Positions 18,266 through 27,175 of a stretch of 29,901 nt of DNA are shown piece after piece. Location: assembly GCA_046497275.1 (NCBI GenBank), contig JAWOFX010000048.1, forward strand, positions 1 to 29,901, given 5' to 3'. The notes beneath the pieces are model-generated. The model saw only the letters and a list, made by a program, of their open reading frames with translations. It was not told the origin of the DNA and made no database searches. This stretch comes from Promethearchaeia archaeon (lineage in GTDB: Archaea; Asgardarchaeota; Lokiarchaeia; Sigyniarchaeales; SOKP01). The position numbers and the translations under genes are program-made. How positions within the stretch are numbered: position 1 is the stretch's first letter; each line of letters starts with the position of its first letter.

Positions 18266-20512
18266 ATGTTATTTGAATTGCCCGCAATTGTAGATTTAAG
18301 GAAGATTCTTGAAAATTTCTCTGATAATATCATATTTTTCATTGCCTTATATGTTATTATCCCTGTGACTTTGATTATTTCATTTGCTTGTGTCATTTTT
18401 ATTTTTCGAAGAATAAATTCATTAGAAGAGAGAAACTTACGCATGAGAGAACTTAATAAAGAAATCACTATAGGGGCTAAAATATATCTCAAAGACCAAG
18501 CAAGATATTTACTCCTCATCTTAGGTATTTTATTCATTCCCGTAGGTTTTACAGGAATTCAATATCTAGGAATTCCATTATTAGCTGTAATATTTACTGC
18601 ATTAATTTTTCTTTTAGGGGGAATGAGCTCATTGTTAGCAGGATATATTGGGATGATCAGTGCAACAAAAACAAACATTTTAGTGGTTGAAGCTTCTATA
18701 AACGATCCAAATGAGGGATTTAAATTATCTTACTTTGGAGGTATGATCACTGGAATTCTTAATATTTCGATGTTTGTGTTTGGAATTTGGCTAATTTTTA
18801 TATTAACACAAGGAAATATTTATTTATTAGTGGGATATGATTTTGGAGCAAGTGTGGCAGCATTATTAGCTCAAGTAGGGGGAGGAATATATACTAAATC
18901 CGCTGATATGGGTGCTGATCTTGTCGGTAAATATGAGTTAAATATAAAAGAAGATGATCCACGAAATCCTGCGATTATTGCGGATTTAGTTGGAGATAAT
19001 GTTGGAGATTGCGCTGGAAGAGGTGCTGATTTGTTTGAAAGTGCTTCCTCAGACGCTGTGGGTGGAATGCTTTTAGGAATCACAATATTTCTTTTTATTG
19101 GGGAACCAATTTTCATTATAACTAATATTACAATTATTTCACTCGGTTTATATTCATTATTCTTTACAATATTATTCTTAGATATCGACTTAGAGAGACC
19201 CTCTAAAAGTATTTGGAGAGTATTTATCTCCTCAACCTTATTTAATGTATTGGTCTTGTTAGTAATCAATCTAATCTTTTTTGGAATACCTGGTCTATTT
19301 TTATTTTTTGCAAGTTTAATTGGATTACTTGCCGTGTTTTTGACAATCGTCTTTACTACTTATTATACTCGGATAGAGTATAGTCCAACAAGAAAAGTTG
19401 CTTTCGCCTCGGATGTTAGTCCATCGGTTAATATATTAAGCGGATTATCAACAGGTTTTAAATCAACCTTTGGTCCTATCGTAATATTTGTAATTTCTGT
19501 TGTTGCATCTTATATATTTGGATATTATACTGGTATAATTTATTCCGACTTAGGATTAGGAGGACCCCCTTCTGCATTATTCTTTATCGCTTTTGGAATT
19601 TATGGTGTCAATATGGCTTCTTGTTCAAGCGATATAATAATAAGCACTATATTAAGTTTTGATACATTTGGACCAATTGCTGACAATGCAGCAGGAATAG
19701 CTCAAATGGCGAGTGATGAGGCTCCTGAAGGACTCAGAGAGAATCTAGATAAATTGGATGCTGTTGGAAATACAACCAAAGCAGTTGCAAAAGGTTTTGC
19801 ATTGGTTTGTGGAGGACTAAGTAGTATTGTAATGTTTTTAACATTTTTAATGACTACAACTACATTAGCTCCAGATTTATTTAGTTTTATACCAGAAAAT
19901 GAACTAATTAATATATTTGATTTCTTAGATATCAGCAATCCATTAATTATTCTTGGATTAAGTATTGGGACTGTTCTTTCTACAGTATTTGCCGCTCAAA
20001 TCTTCAAAGGAGTACAAAAAGGTACAATGGCTATGATAAAAGAAGTAAGATGCCAATTTAATGAAACACCAGGACTTAAAGAGGGTAAAGTTAAGCCTAA
20101 TTATCAGGCATGTATTGATATCTCGGCAAATAACGCCTTGAGATATATGATGGAACCTGTCGCATTAATAATTATCACTGAATTAATTATCGGTATTTTA
20201 TTTGGTCCAATGGTTGCTGGTGCATTCTTAGTCGGGAATCTAATAGGGTGTCTTATCAATGGATTATGGATGAGTATTGGGGGTGCAAGTTATGATAACG
20301 CCAAAAAAGCGATAGAAAATGGACTTTTTGGTGGAAAAGGGAGTTTTGCTCATAAATCGGCAATTATCGGAGATACTGTTGGAGATCCATTAAAAGATGC
20401 TGCTGGACCAAGCATGAATATCCTGATTACAACCGCCAATACTCTTGCATTGACTTTCTTACCAATCTTTATTATGACAGGTTTCCTTTGGAATTTGATT
20501 CCAATAGTATAA
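18266..20512 (+). CDS. hppA: Membrane-bound H+-translocating pyrophosphatase, K+-independent type
   Basis: GGGIYTKSADMGADLVGK, EDDPRNP, DLVGDNVGDCAGRGADLFES, GPIADNA, LDAVGNTTKA (Lys at the K+-dependence determinant), DNAKK, GDTVGDPLKDAAGP. About 16 TM segments. Confidence 0.95.
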   Translation: MLFELPAIVDLRKILENFSDNIIFFIALYVIIPVTLIISFACVIFIFRRINSLEERNLRMRELNKEITIGAKIYLKDQARYLLLILGILFIPVGFTGIQYLGIPLLAVIFTALIFLLGGMSSLLAGYIGMISATKTNILVVEASINDPNEGFKLSYFGGMITGILNISMFVFGIWLIFILTQGNIYLLVGYDFGASVAALLAQVGGGIYTKSADMGADLVGKYELNIKEDDPRNPAIIADLVGDNVGDCAGRGADLFESASSDAVGGMLLGITIFLFIGEPIFIITNITIISLGLYSLFFTILFLDIDLERPSKSIWRVFISSTLFNVLVLLVINLIFFGIPGLFLFFASLIGLLAVFLTIVFTTYYTRIEYSPTRKVAFASDVSPSVNILSGLSTGFKSTFGPIVIFVISVVASYIFGYYTGIIYSDLGLGGPPSALFFIAFGIYGVNMASCSSDIIISTILSFDTFGPIADNAAGIAQMASDEAPEGLRENLDKLDAVGNTTKAVAKGFALVCGGLSSIVMFLTFLMTTTTLAPDLFSFIPENELINIFDFLDISNPLIILGLSIGTVLSTVFAAQIFKGVQKGTMAMIKEVRCQFNETPGLKEGKVKPNYQACIDISANNALRYMMEPVALIIITELIIGILFGPMVAGAFLVGNLIGCLINGLWMSIGGASYDNAKKAIENGLFGGKGSFAHKSAIIGDTVGDPLKDAAGPSMNILITTANTLALTFLPIFIMTGFLWNLIPIV

Positions 20513-20670
20513 ATTTCCACGACGAGAATATTTAACAACATAGTGTTCTCAAAAACTTATTCTATAGTAAACTCAAATCTTTTTTTGATTTCTCTTAAGT
20601 AATCTAATTTATTCAATATATCAATAATTATTTAGAATAAGAATTTAGAAGAGTGGTGGGGACTGCCGGA

Positions 20671-20701
20671 GTTTCATCAATTTCCGAATCGGAAATGTTG
20701 G
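20671..20701 (-). other. tRNA intron 2 (T-loop, position 59/60), 31 nt
   Basis: Central helix TTCA/TGAA, a 3' bulge AC^T, the 5' site AA^C in an internal loop, and intron hairpin TTTCCG-ATT-CGGAAA. Removal restores GCCGGTTCAAATCCGGC. Confidence 0.85.
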
Positions 20702-20739
20702 TTTGAACCGGCGACCAACAACTCTGGAGGCTGCCGCGA

Positions 20740-20768
20740 TTCCGGATCCGAGTATAATTCAAAGGACT
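20740..20768 (-). other. tRNA intron 1 (D-loop, position 21/22), 29 nt
   Basis: Central 4-bp helix CCGG/CCGG, a 3-nt bulge TA^A and inner helix GTCC/GGAT. Removal restores the D-loop AGCCCGGTA. Confidence 0.8.
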
Positions 20769-20972
20769 TACCGGGCTTCGCCAAGTCCCCACCTTGATGG
20801 CATTTAAGAATGCTAATATTTCCTATCCATAAGAATAGAAATATACTTTTACTAATTCATTATCATATTTGAGGTTAATCAATTGTATTAGGCGTCTTTA
20901 TCATTATAAATAATGATTTGGATTGATTTATTTTTATTTTAAAAACTTGTCTAAATTAATTATATTTGGATA

Positions 20973-21521
20973 ATGATAATTTTGACGGGTTTTGAAAAGT
21001 TTAGCCTATTCAGTGAAAATATAAGTGAATCGCTTACAAAATCATTCCCTGAATCTATTCAAAAAATTCAAATTATCAAAAAAGTTCTGCCTGTGAGCTG
21101 GATGGATTCTATCGAAAATTATAAGAATCTTTTAACCACCCTAAAGGGATACCCTAATTTAGTGATTTTGACAGGAGTTTATTCCGGAAAAAAAGTATTG
21201 ATCGAAAGATATGCTTGGAATCTAGCAATTGGATTAGATAATTCAAATAAATATAAAATAGGATTTATTAACCTAGCTGAACTATTTAGAAAGAAAACTT
21301 CTCTGGATTTAGAGAAAGTTATTTCCATTATAAATAAACCTAACAAAATTTCTATATCCAGTTTCCCGGGATTTTATCTCTGTAATTATATTTATTTTTG
21401 GGCTTTAACACTGGGAAAAGGAAACTATCCAGTAATTTTTATTCATTTGCCTTCCAGTGTGAATATAAGAAGACTAAAAAGAAATCTTGTTAATATCATT
21501 AAAATTATAATTAATTATTAA
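20973..21521 (+). CDS. pcp: Pyroglutamyl-peptidase I (C15 family)
   Basis: ILTGFEKF, VLPVSW, ERYAWN (Glu), GFYLCNY (Cys), FIHLP (His): the catalytic triad is intact. Confidence 0.85.
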   Translation: MIILTGFEKFSLFSENISESLTKSFPESIQKIQIIKKVLPVSWMDSIENYKNLLTTLKGYPNLVILTGVYSGKKVLIERYAWNLAIGLDNSNKYKIGFINLAELFRKKTSLDLEKVISIINKPNKISISSFPGFYLCNYIYFWALTLGKGNYPVIFIHLPSSVNIRRLKRNLVNIIKIIINY

Positions 21522-21695
21522 TGAAAATCATTCTGAAATTATTCATCAAATTTTAATTCTTCTAAGAGAATATTGTGTCTCTTAATTTGGATTATTAACA
21601 AGATTGGTATGAAAAATAAAGAAATTTATTAATTAATAGTTCTTATTATCCTAAAAAACGATTCTTCCATCAAGGGTGATTCACCTATCGCAAGA

Positions 21696-22487
21696 ATGGA
21701 ACATCACGGCGCTTATGCGTTTTTGATTTATTATGTAATATGGATAATTTGGAAAGGGAGATTCATTATTGGTGGAGAGAATCGATATCTTGTGCTTTTA
21801 AGTATAATATTTGGTATATTTCCAGATTTCGATGGTCTTTACTACTTTATAAAGAATAGATTGATGAGAAAATTTAACAAAGAGGTCCAACACCACTTTT
21901 ATTCTTGGACTCATTGGCCGTTATCATATTTTCCACTAGTAATCCTTTTTATCGTAAGTTTAGTAATTGGATACTATCCCGAATTCTTTCTCACTCCAGT
22001 AGTTAGTATATACGTTGGACATTTTATTTTTGATAGTATTTCCTCTGGAGACGGAATAATGTGGGGGAAAATTCCGTGGAAAAAGCGACAATACGCCCGA
22101 TATATTAATTTATTACCAGATATTACCGATGGCTATCATGATGGATATTGGGCAGCGAGGTATAGAAATACTATAATTGCAAAAATTGGGAACTTCGCTT
22201 TAATAATTAGCATTATAATTATTGCCTATTTTATAGGTGCTGAATATCCAGAGATTAGTTGGTATTATGTGGTACCAATTGTGTTTTTTATAACTGGTTT
22301 CTTCATAGGTGTCAAAAGACCACCCAAAAGATTCTTTAAAGAACCTCCAGAAGGCAGATATGTAGATTATCGCATAAAAATCGAATATATCAACGGATTG
22401 AATGCTAAGAACAAAAAAAGGCACATTGATAAGTATGAAATTCTATTAAAAAAGAAAGGAGTAATGGAAAAAATAAATTCGAAATAG
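21696..22487 (+). CDS. Membrane-bound metal-dependent hydrolase (YdjM-like)
   Basis: HH near the N-terminus, GIFPDFD, HHFYSWTHWP and GHFIFDSISSGDGIMW with TM segments. Confidence 0.75.
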   Translation: MEHHGAYAFLIYYVIWIIWKGRFIIGGENRYLVLLSIIFGIFPDFDGLYYFIKNRLMRKFNKEVQHHFYSWTHWPLSYFPLVILFIVSLVIGYYPEFFLTPVVSIYVGHFIFDSISSGDGIMWGKIPWKKRQYARYINLLPDITDGYHDGYWAARYRNTIIAKIGNFALIISIIIIAYFIGAEYPEISWYYVVPIVFFITGFFIGVKRPPKRFFKEPPEGRYVDYRIKIEYINGLNAKNKKRHIDKYEILLKKKGVMEKINSK

Positions 22488-22712
22488 GTTTTATTTTCGT
22501 ATTGGATATTGATTTCTAGTTTTACTTTTACAATTTTAGAATACTTTTTATAAAAAATTACTTTTTTTAATAATTCTAAGCACTTTAGGACAAATATTCT
22601 TATATTCATTATTTTCTCTAACTTTTTTTTTTCTTTAAATATAACAAATCTATAAAATGTCTAATACTCAAAAATGAAGAGAAAAAAACACTTGTAAAAA
22701 AATAATTGAACC

Positions 22713-23966
22713 ATGGCTTCAAAAGAATATTTAATACAAGATGAAATAATTTATCCAGAATTAGTTGAACCGAGAGTAATCTTAAATGAAATAAAACCGA
22801 ATTTTATTCATGATTTTTTGAACTCATTTAAAAATTATATATCCACGGATTTAACGAAAGAATTTCGATTAAATGTTAAAATTCGAAAAAAAGAAACTAA
22901 CAAATATAATCCTTTTCTTCGATTAGCTAAACTTGAAGAGGCAAAAGATATTGCATATATCGTAAAGGATGATTATGAAGGAACTTATCCGTATAAAGAA
23001 ATGGAAGATCCGCATGAAATTAAAAGAATGATAAAGTCAGATAAGTATAAATTTATTGTATTTTTGAATGAAGAAAGTGAGATCATCGGCTCCACTTGTT
23101 TTGTATTAGATCTTCAGGAGAAAAAAGGGTATCTTAGAAGTCTCGTTGTAAGAAAGAATTGGATAGGAAGATTGGATGCTAAAAAAGCATATATAACCGC
23201 ATGTTTAATGGTATGGAATGTTTATAAAAAAAAAATCCTACTTTGGTGGGCAGAAACTCGTACTGCAGATGCAAAAGCACAATATATCACCAGAGAATGT
23301 AGTTTAAGGCCGATCGCTTGGTTTCCTAATAAAGATATTTTTTATAATAAAATTGAATCAGATCTTTTAATTATAGCTTATAACAAAGAAAGAATTGAAA
23401 AATATAGAAGTAAAAAATTACCTGAAATTATACCTAGCGTATTTGGATGTTATTCATACTCTAAAATTAATTATAATCTAGAAACACCAAGACTAATAGA
23501 ACCTAAGTTAATATTTGATAGAGAAAATTTATTAAGATTAGAAAATCAAATTAAAATTCATAAAACAGAAAAGAATTATCATTACATAAAATTTCATTTT
23601 AGTCTGGATAAATCAACTTCATATTTTGAATTTATTTATACTCCAAGAGTTCATAATTTTGAAAAAACACACTATCAAGTAAGGAATCCTAGTGAATTAT
23701 TTGTTTTTCTAAAAACATTTTTATCTTTAGCTGATAAATTAAATGTACGATATGTTGAAACTTACGTATCTGCTTATATACCATCTCATCAACAAGTATT
23801 TTTTGCTCATGGATTAGTTCCAAGAGGATATCTTCCAGCATGGAAGTTAAATCATTACACAAATTTATTTGAAGATTATATCCTCTTTAATAAATATAAA
23901 GAGAGATTAAGTGAAATGGAACTAACTAGAGAAGGAAAATATCTCTTAAATTTCATCAAAATTTAG
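22713..23966 (+). CDS. Tandem GNAT-fold (acyl-CoA N-acyltransferase-like) protein
   Basis: LRLAKLEEAKDIA..YEGTYPY, EIIGST, YLRSLVVRKNWIG, AETRT and AQ in the first domain. A second repeat has YVETYVSA..QQVF..HGLVPRGYLPAW. Confidence 0.65.
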   Translation: MASKEYLIQDEIIYPELVEPRVILNEIKPNFIHDFLNSFKNYISTDLTKEFRLNVKIRKKETNKYNPFLRLAKLEEAKDIAYIVKDDYEGTYPYKEMEDPHEIKRMIKSDKYKFIVFLNEESEIIGSTCFVLDLQEKKGYLRSLVVRKNWIGRLDAKKAYITACLMVWNVYKKKILLWWAETRTADAKAQYITRECSLRPIAWFPNKDIFYNKIESDLLIIAYNKERIEKYRSKKLPEIIPSVFGCYSYSKINYNLETPRLIEPKLIFDRENLLRLENQIKIHKTEKNYHYIKFHFSLDKSTSYFEFIYTPRVHNFEKTHYQVRNPSELFVFLKTFLSLADKLNVRYVETYVSAYIPSHQQVFFAHGLVPRGYLPAWKLNHYTNLFEDYILFNKYKERLSEMELTREGKYLLNFIKI

Positions 23967-23995
23967 AAAAAAATTAAAAAAAATAATTTTTATTC

Positions 23996-24823
23996 TTAGG
24001 ATTTATAATAGTTTGCTTTTTTGATTAATCCAATAAATATTATTGCAAATACAATTATTTCAAGAATTTCAGAAATTATGGAATTAACCTTAGGATCGAT
24101 AAGATTATGACCTAATGTTCTAAAAATTGATGTTAATAAGAATATTCCAAATCCTAAAGCAACAATTAACGGATTTATGTCGGAGAGTCGCTGAGTTCTG
24201 TAAGCAAATAAAAACATCCAAAAAATTATCAAAAGAGAAGTTAGAGAAATAAACGGATATATAGTAATTATAATAGAATAAGTAGGTGCTAATAAAATTG
24301 CTATGGATTCTAATAAAGCTATCAAAATCAATGTAATTTTTTGAATTTTTTTAAAAAAAGCTTTATTTCTAAGCTTTTTAAATCGATCCATCAAAGAGAA
24401 ATATATCAATATCATTTCTATGCTTAAAAACAACATTGGTATTACATTTATAACCATTAATAAGAATCTGATTTTAGATAATATAAGAAGCTCTGCAGAA
24501 CTCACCTGAAAAAAAACTAGATTAATCACAATATCAATAGTTTTTGCGAAAACTAAGAAGAAGAAAAAAATACTAAATAAAAAGCGTATATCAGAATAAT
24601 ATTGGTCTTCTTGATGATACCACTTATATAATAAAAAACACCCAATTGATGATATTATGACTATTTTGATTAGAATTATAATTACTAAAAAAATAGATTC
24701 TTCTACAGTATTTAAATAATTTATAATTTCTTCAAAATAAAAAACATATAATGAATATATAAATATACTACCAATTAAAAAAGATAAAAAAATTACTAAG
24801 AGAGCTAAATTTTTTCTTTTCAA
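23996..24823 (-). CDS. Polytopic membrane protein (7-8 TM), unknown function
   Basis: Seven to eight hydrophobic segments with no enzymatic motif. TTG start with a GGAG SD. Confidence 0.75.
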   Translation of the reverse strand: MKRKNLALLVIFLSFLIGSIFIYSLYVFYFEEIINYLNTVEESIFLVIIILIKIVIISSIGCFLLYKWYHQEDQYYSDIRFLFSIFFFFLVFAKTIDIVINLVFFQVSSAELLILSKIRFLLMVINVIPMLFLSIEMILIYFSLMDRFKKLRNKAFFKKIQKITLILIALLESIAILLAPTYSIIITIYPFISLTSLLIIFWMFLFAYRTQRLSDINPLIVALGFGIFLLTSIFRTLGHNLIDPKVNSIISEILEIIVFAIIFIGLIKKANYYKS

Positions 24824-24907
24824 GATAATCTCCTAGATAAGATATTAATTACTGATAATTATTTTCTTAAAACCTTTAAAAACTTATATAATTTCTTCAA
24901 TCTCAAA

Positions 24908-26071
24908 TTAGTTTTTTATTCGCTTTTGGAGTACAATGTGAGTCCTGATTGTTTCTGAATGCGGAAAAATAGTTTTGATCGCTTGATCATTATTGGACCA
25001 AATACTCGTACCTTCTGCATAAGATATACCATTAATTCCAGTCACGATCCTCCCTATATTGTTTAAAGAAGAAAAAATACCTTTTCCTGTATGATCCTTG
25101 CTTATCATTACCGTATCTACATTCGCTTCAGTTAGTGATTCATTTCGCCAAATCTGAAATAAGTTGGGAAGACTTATAATTAATCCTATTAATTTTCCCG
25201 TGTTTCGTTCAAATGCCATTGGCATCCATGTTATTACATTTTCTAAATCACAAAAATTTATTGCTTCTAAGAATTCTGAAACGTCCGTATACTCTCTTGG
25301 GTCAAAATTATCTGAAAGCTTATAATGTGATTGGGAAATGAGAGAAAAGAGGTGAGCCATTTCATCAAATCGATCTTTTCCTCCCGGAGCATCCGCCAAA
25401 ATTGAATGAAACGAACCTTTTGCAAGACTTATGATCTCTTTCCGCATCGCTTTAAATTCTTCTAAGGTTTTATATCGTATTTTTATGCTAGGATCGACAA
25501 TATTTCCTTTTTCCCACTTATCTTTTATGACATGGACACAGCTATACTTGGATTCTCGCTCAAATCCTAATCGGTCTAAAAAATGTAACTCGCGCACATT
25601 CGGACGGTGAAAATTTACCCCTGACATCATTCTTTCTGAAAATCCTTTAATTTGAAATCCAAGTCCTCCAACAAGTTTCGGATAATTAATTGGTCCTCTT
25701 AATTTACGGATGTTTTGTGCCCTCATAAATTCTTCACATGCATTTATTAATGCAGCACATGATTCAAAATTAGTTGCATACAGCCAGCCAAACGTGCCAC
25801 ATTTCCGTCCATAACTACGATATTCCGGATCGATTTGGCTAACCACAATCCCAGAGATAATTCGTCCTTCTTTTGCGATAAATATCTTAAGAGGATATAA
25901 ATCATCTTCTAATTTCATTTTCAGATAGATCATCAATTCATGAATAATATGCGGTTTCAACTCCTCTTCGGGCACATAAAGTAGTTTTTCAAACGCATAG
26001 TGAATTTTTTGTGGCTCTGTAATATCATACATTTTTATTTGTTTTTGAGATTCTATTTGTGATACTTGCAT
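24908..26071 (-). CDS. GNAT-fold protein, YghO-like family
   Basis: KIFIAKEGRIISG, GTFGWL, LINACEEFMR, LRGPIN, MSGVNFH, LGFERESKY in the first domain. A C-terminal GNAT has MISKDHTGKGI and AEGTSIWSNN. Confidence 0.65.
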   Translation of the reverse strand: MQVSQIESQKQIKMYDITEPQKIHYAFEKLLYVPEEELKPHIIHELMIYLKMKLEDDLYPLKIFIAKEGRIISGIVVSQIDPEYRSYGRKCGTFGWLYATNFESCAALINACEEFMRAQNIRKLRGPINYPKLVGGLGFQIKGFSERMMSGVNFHRPNVRELHFLDRLGFERESKYSCVHVIKDKWEKGNIVDPSIKIRYKTLEEFKAMRKEIISLAKGSFHSILADAPGGKDRFDEMAHLFSLISQSHYKLSDNFDPREYTDVSEFLEAINFCDLENVITWMPMAFERNTGKLIGLIISLPNLFQIWRNESLTEANVDTVMISKDHTGKGIFSSLNNIGRIVTGINGISYAEGTSIWSNNDQAIKTIFPHSETIRTHIVLQKRIKN

Positions 26072-26120
26072 ATATTTTACACTTTATGGTGTTTCTTCAC
26101 TATAGGTAGGGTGAGTATAT

Positions 26121-26155
26121 AAAGAAAAAATCATATTAATAGCAATTTTTTCTTT
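26121..26155. promoter_or_regulatory. 10-bp inverted repeat flanked by TATA-like boxes in the divergent YghO-like/ThiF intergenic region
   Basis: AAAGAAAAAA-N15-TTTTTTCTTT. TTTATATA lies on the minus strand at 26123-26116 and TTTAAATA on the plus strand at 26153-26160. In an AT-rich genome this could be chance. Confidence 0.3.
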
Positions 26156-26181
26156 AAATAGAATTCTCTTCTAAGAATATT

Positions 26182-27006
26182 ATGCTCATTGAAGATACAT
26201 ATTATTCACGAGTGGAAAGAAATATTGGTCACATCACTCACCAAGAACAAGAAAAAATAAAACATTCGAAAATTGCAATTATGGGAGTAGGAGGGTTAGG
26301 TGGGCCTCTTTCGGATCAATTGGCCCGAGTAGGATGTCAACATCTCGTATTATGTGATAATGATATATATGATGAATCAAATTTAAATCGTCAATTATGT
26401 ACGACTAAGGATCTTGGTACATATAAAGTCGATCATTTGCAAGAACATCTACTCAATATCGATCGTGAGATATCAATATCAAATTATAAAGATATTAAAT
26501 GTTCAAATATAGACAAAATTTTAAATAAGGTGAAGGTAGTGTGTCTTTCTTTGGATGACCCGATTACTTCCATTATTATCGCCCGGAAATGTTGTGAGAA
26601 AGGGGTTCCAATGCTTGAGTCGTGGGGGATACCGTATCTTTGGGCGTGGTGGTTTACATCAAATTCAATTGATTATGAATCTTGCTATGATATGACCACT
26701 AAACATCTCAGTTTAAAAGACTTGGAAAAAAAATCCCTTGATGGATATAGAGAGTTATTACCAAAACTAGTTCAATTTCCAGGGTTTCGAGAGATTTATG
26801 ATCGTGAATATGGATATTTCGAAAAAATGAAAAATGGTGAGATTCCATATCGTTCATTTGCACCTTTTGTCCATCTGACTGCCTCTTATTTAGCAACGGA
26901 AATTATATTTGCAGGTTTACTTAAGATGAAAGAGAAAATATTAGCACCAAATGTCGTTGGCTATGATTATATCAGAATGAGACCACTCATATTTCAAATC
27001 AAATAA
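26182..27006 (+). CDS. ThiF/MoeB/E1-like adenylyltransferase lacking the Zn-binding CxxC pairs
   Basis: YSRVERNIG..EQEKIKHSKIAIMGVGGLGG, LCDNDIYDESNLNRQ, KVDHL and LSLDD. No CxxC pair anywhere in the protein. Confidence 0.9.
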   Translation: MLIEDTYYSRVERNIGHITHQEQEKIKHSKIAIMGVGGLGGPLSDQLARVGCQHLVLCDNDIYDESNLNRQLCTTKDLGTYKVDHLQEHLLNIDREISISNYKDIKCSNIDKILNKVKVVCLSLDDPITSIIIARKCCEKGVPMLESWGIPYLWAWWFTSNSIDYESCYDMTTKHLSLKDLEKKSLDGYRELLPKLVQFPGFREIYDREYGYFEKMKNGEIPYRSFAPFVHLTASYLATEIIFAGLLKMKEKILAPNVVGYDYIRMRPLIFQIK

Positions 27007-27175
27007 ATAATTATGTTTTAATTGGATTTTATTTATGCATTTTCGAAAATTTAATTAGACAATAAATGAATAATATTGAGTTTATCTCGCAAGCAGAAGA
27101 ATTAATTCAAAAAATAGAATATTAAGAAATTTTTAATTTGACCCATATACTACCTGTTTCTCTTTTTTAAACAAC

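Larger units (their letters stand above)
20654..20790 (-). tRNA. trnW: tRNA-Trp(CCA) with two introns and a genomically encoded CCA end; mature length 77 nt
   Basis: On the minus strand: acceptor GGGGACT/AGTCCCC followed by A-CCA; D-stem GCGA/TCGC; anticodon arm GCAGC-CTCCAGA-GTTGT; T-stem GCCGG/CCGGC with loop TTCAAA|T once a 29-nt and a 31-nt insert are removed. Confidence 0.93.

Noticed and set aside
1644-22609. Short antisense or overlapping ORFs in the track (1644, 6027, 7051, 8337, 9298, 9731, 12330, 14660, 15146, 16797, 17181, 18247, 18871, 19702, 20350, 22200, 22367) plus 26708 and 29351 beyond this range
   Set aside because: They lie on or opposite well-supported genes, have low-complexity I/S/F-rich shadow composition and show no family motifs.
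23996-24823. Possible rhodopsin (7-TM protein)
   Set aside because: There is no retinal-binding Lys motif (DxxxK or SxxxK) in the last helix.
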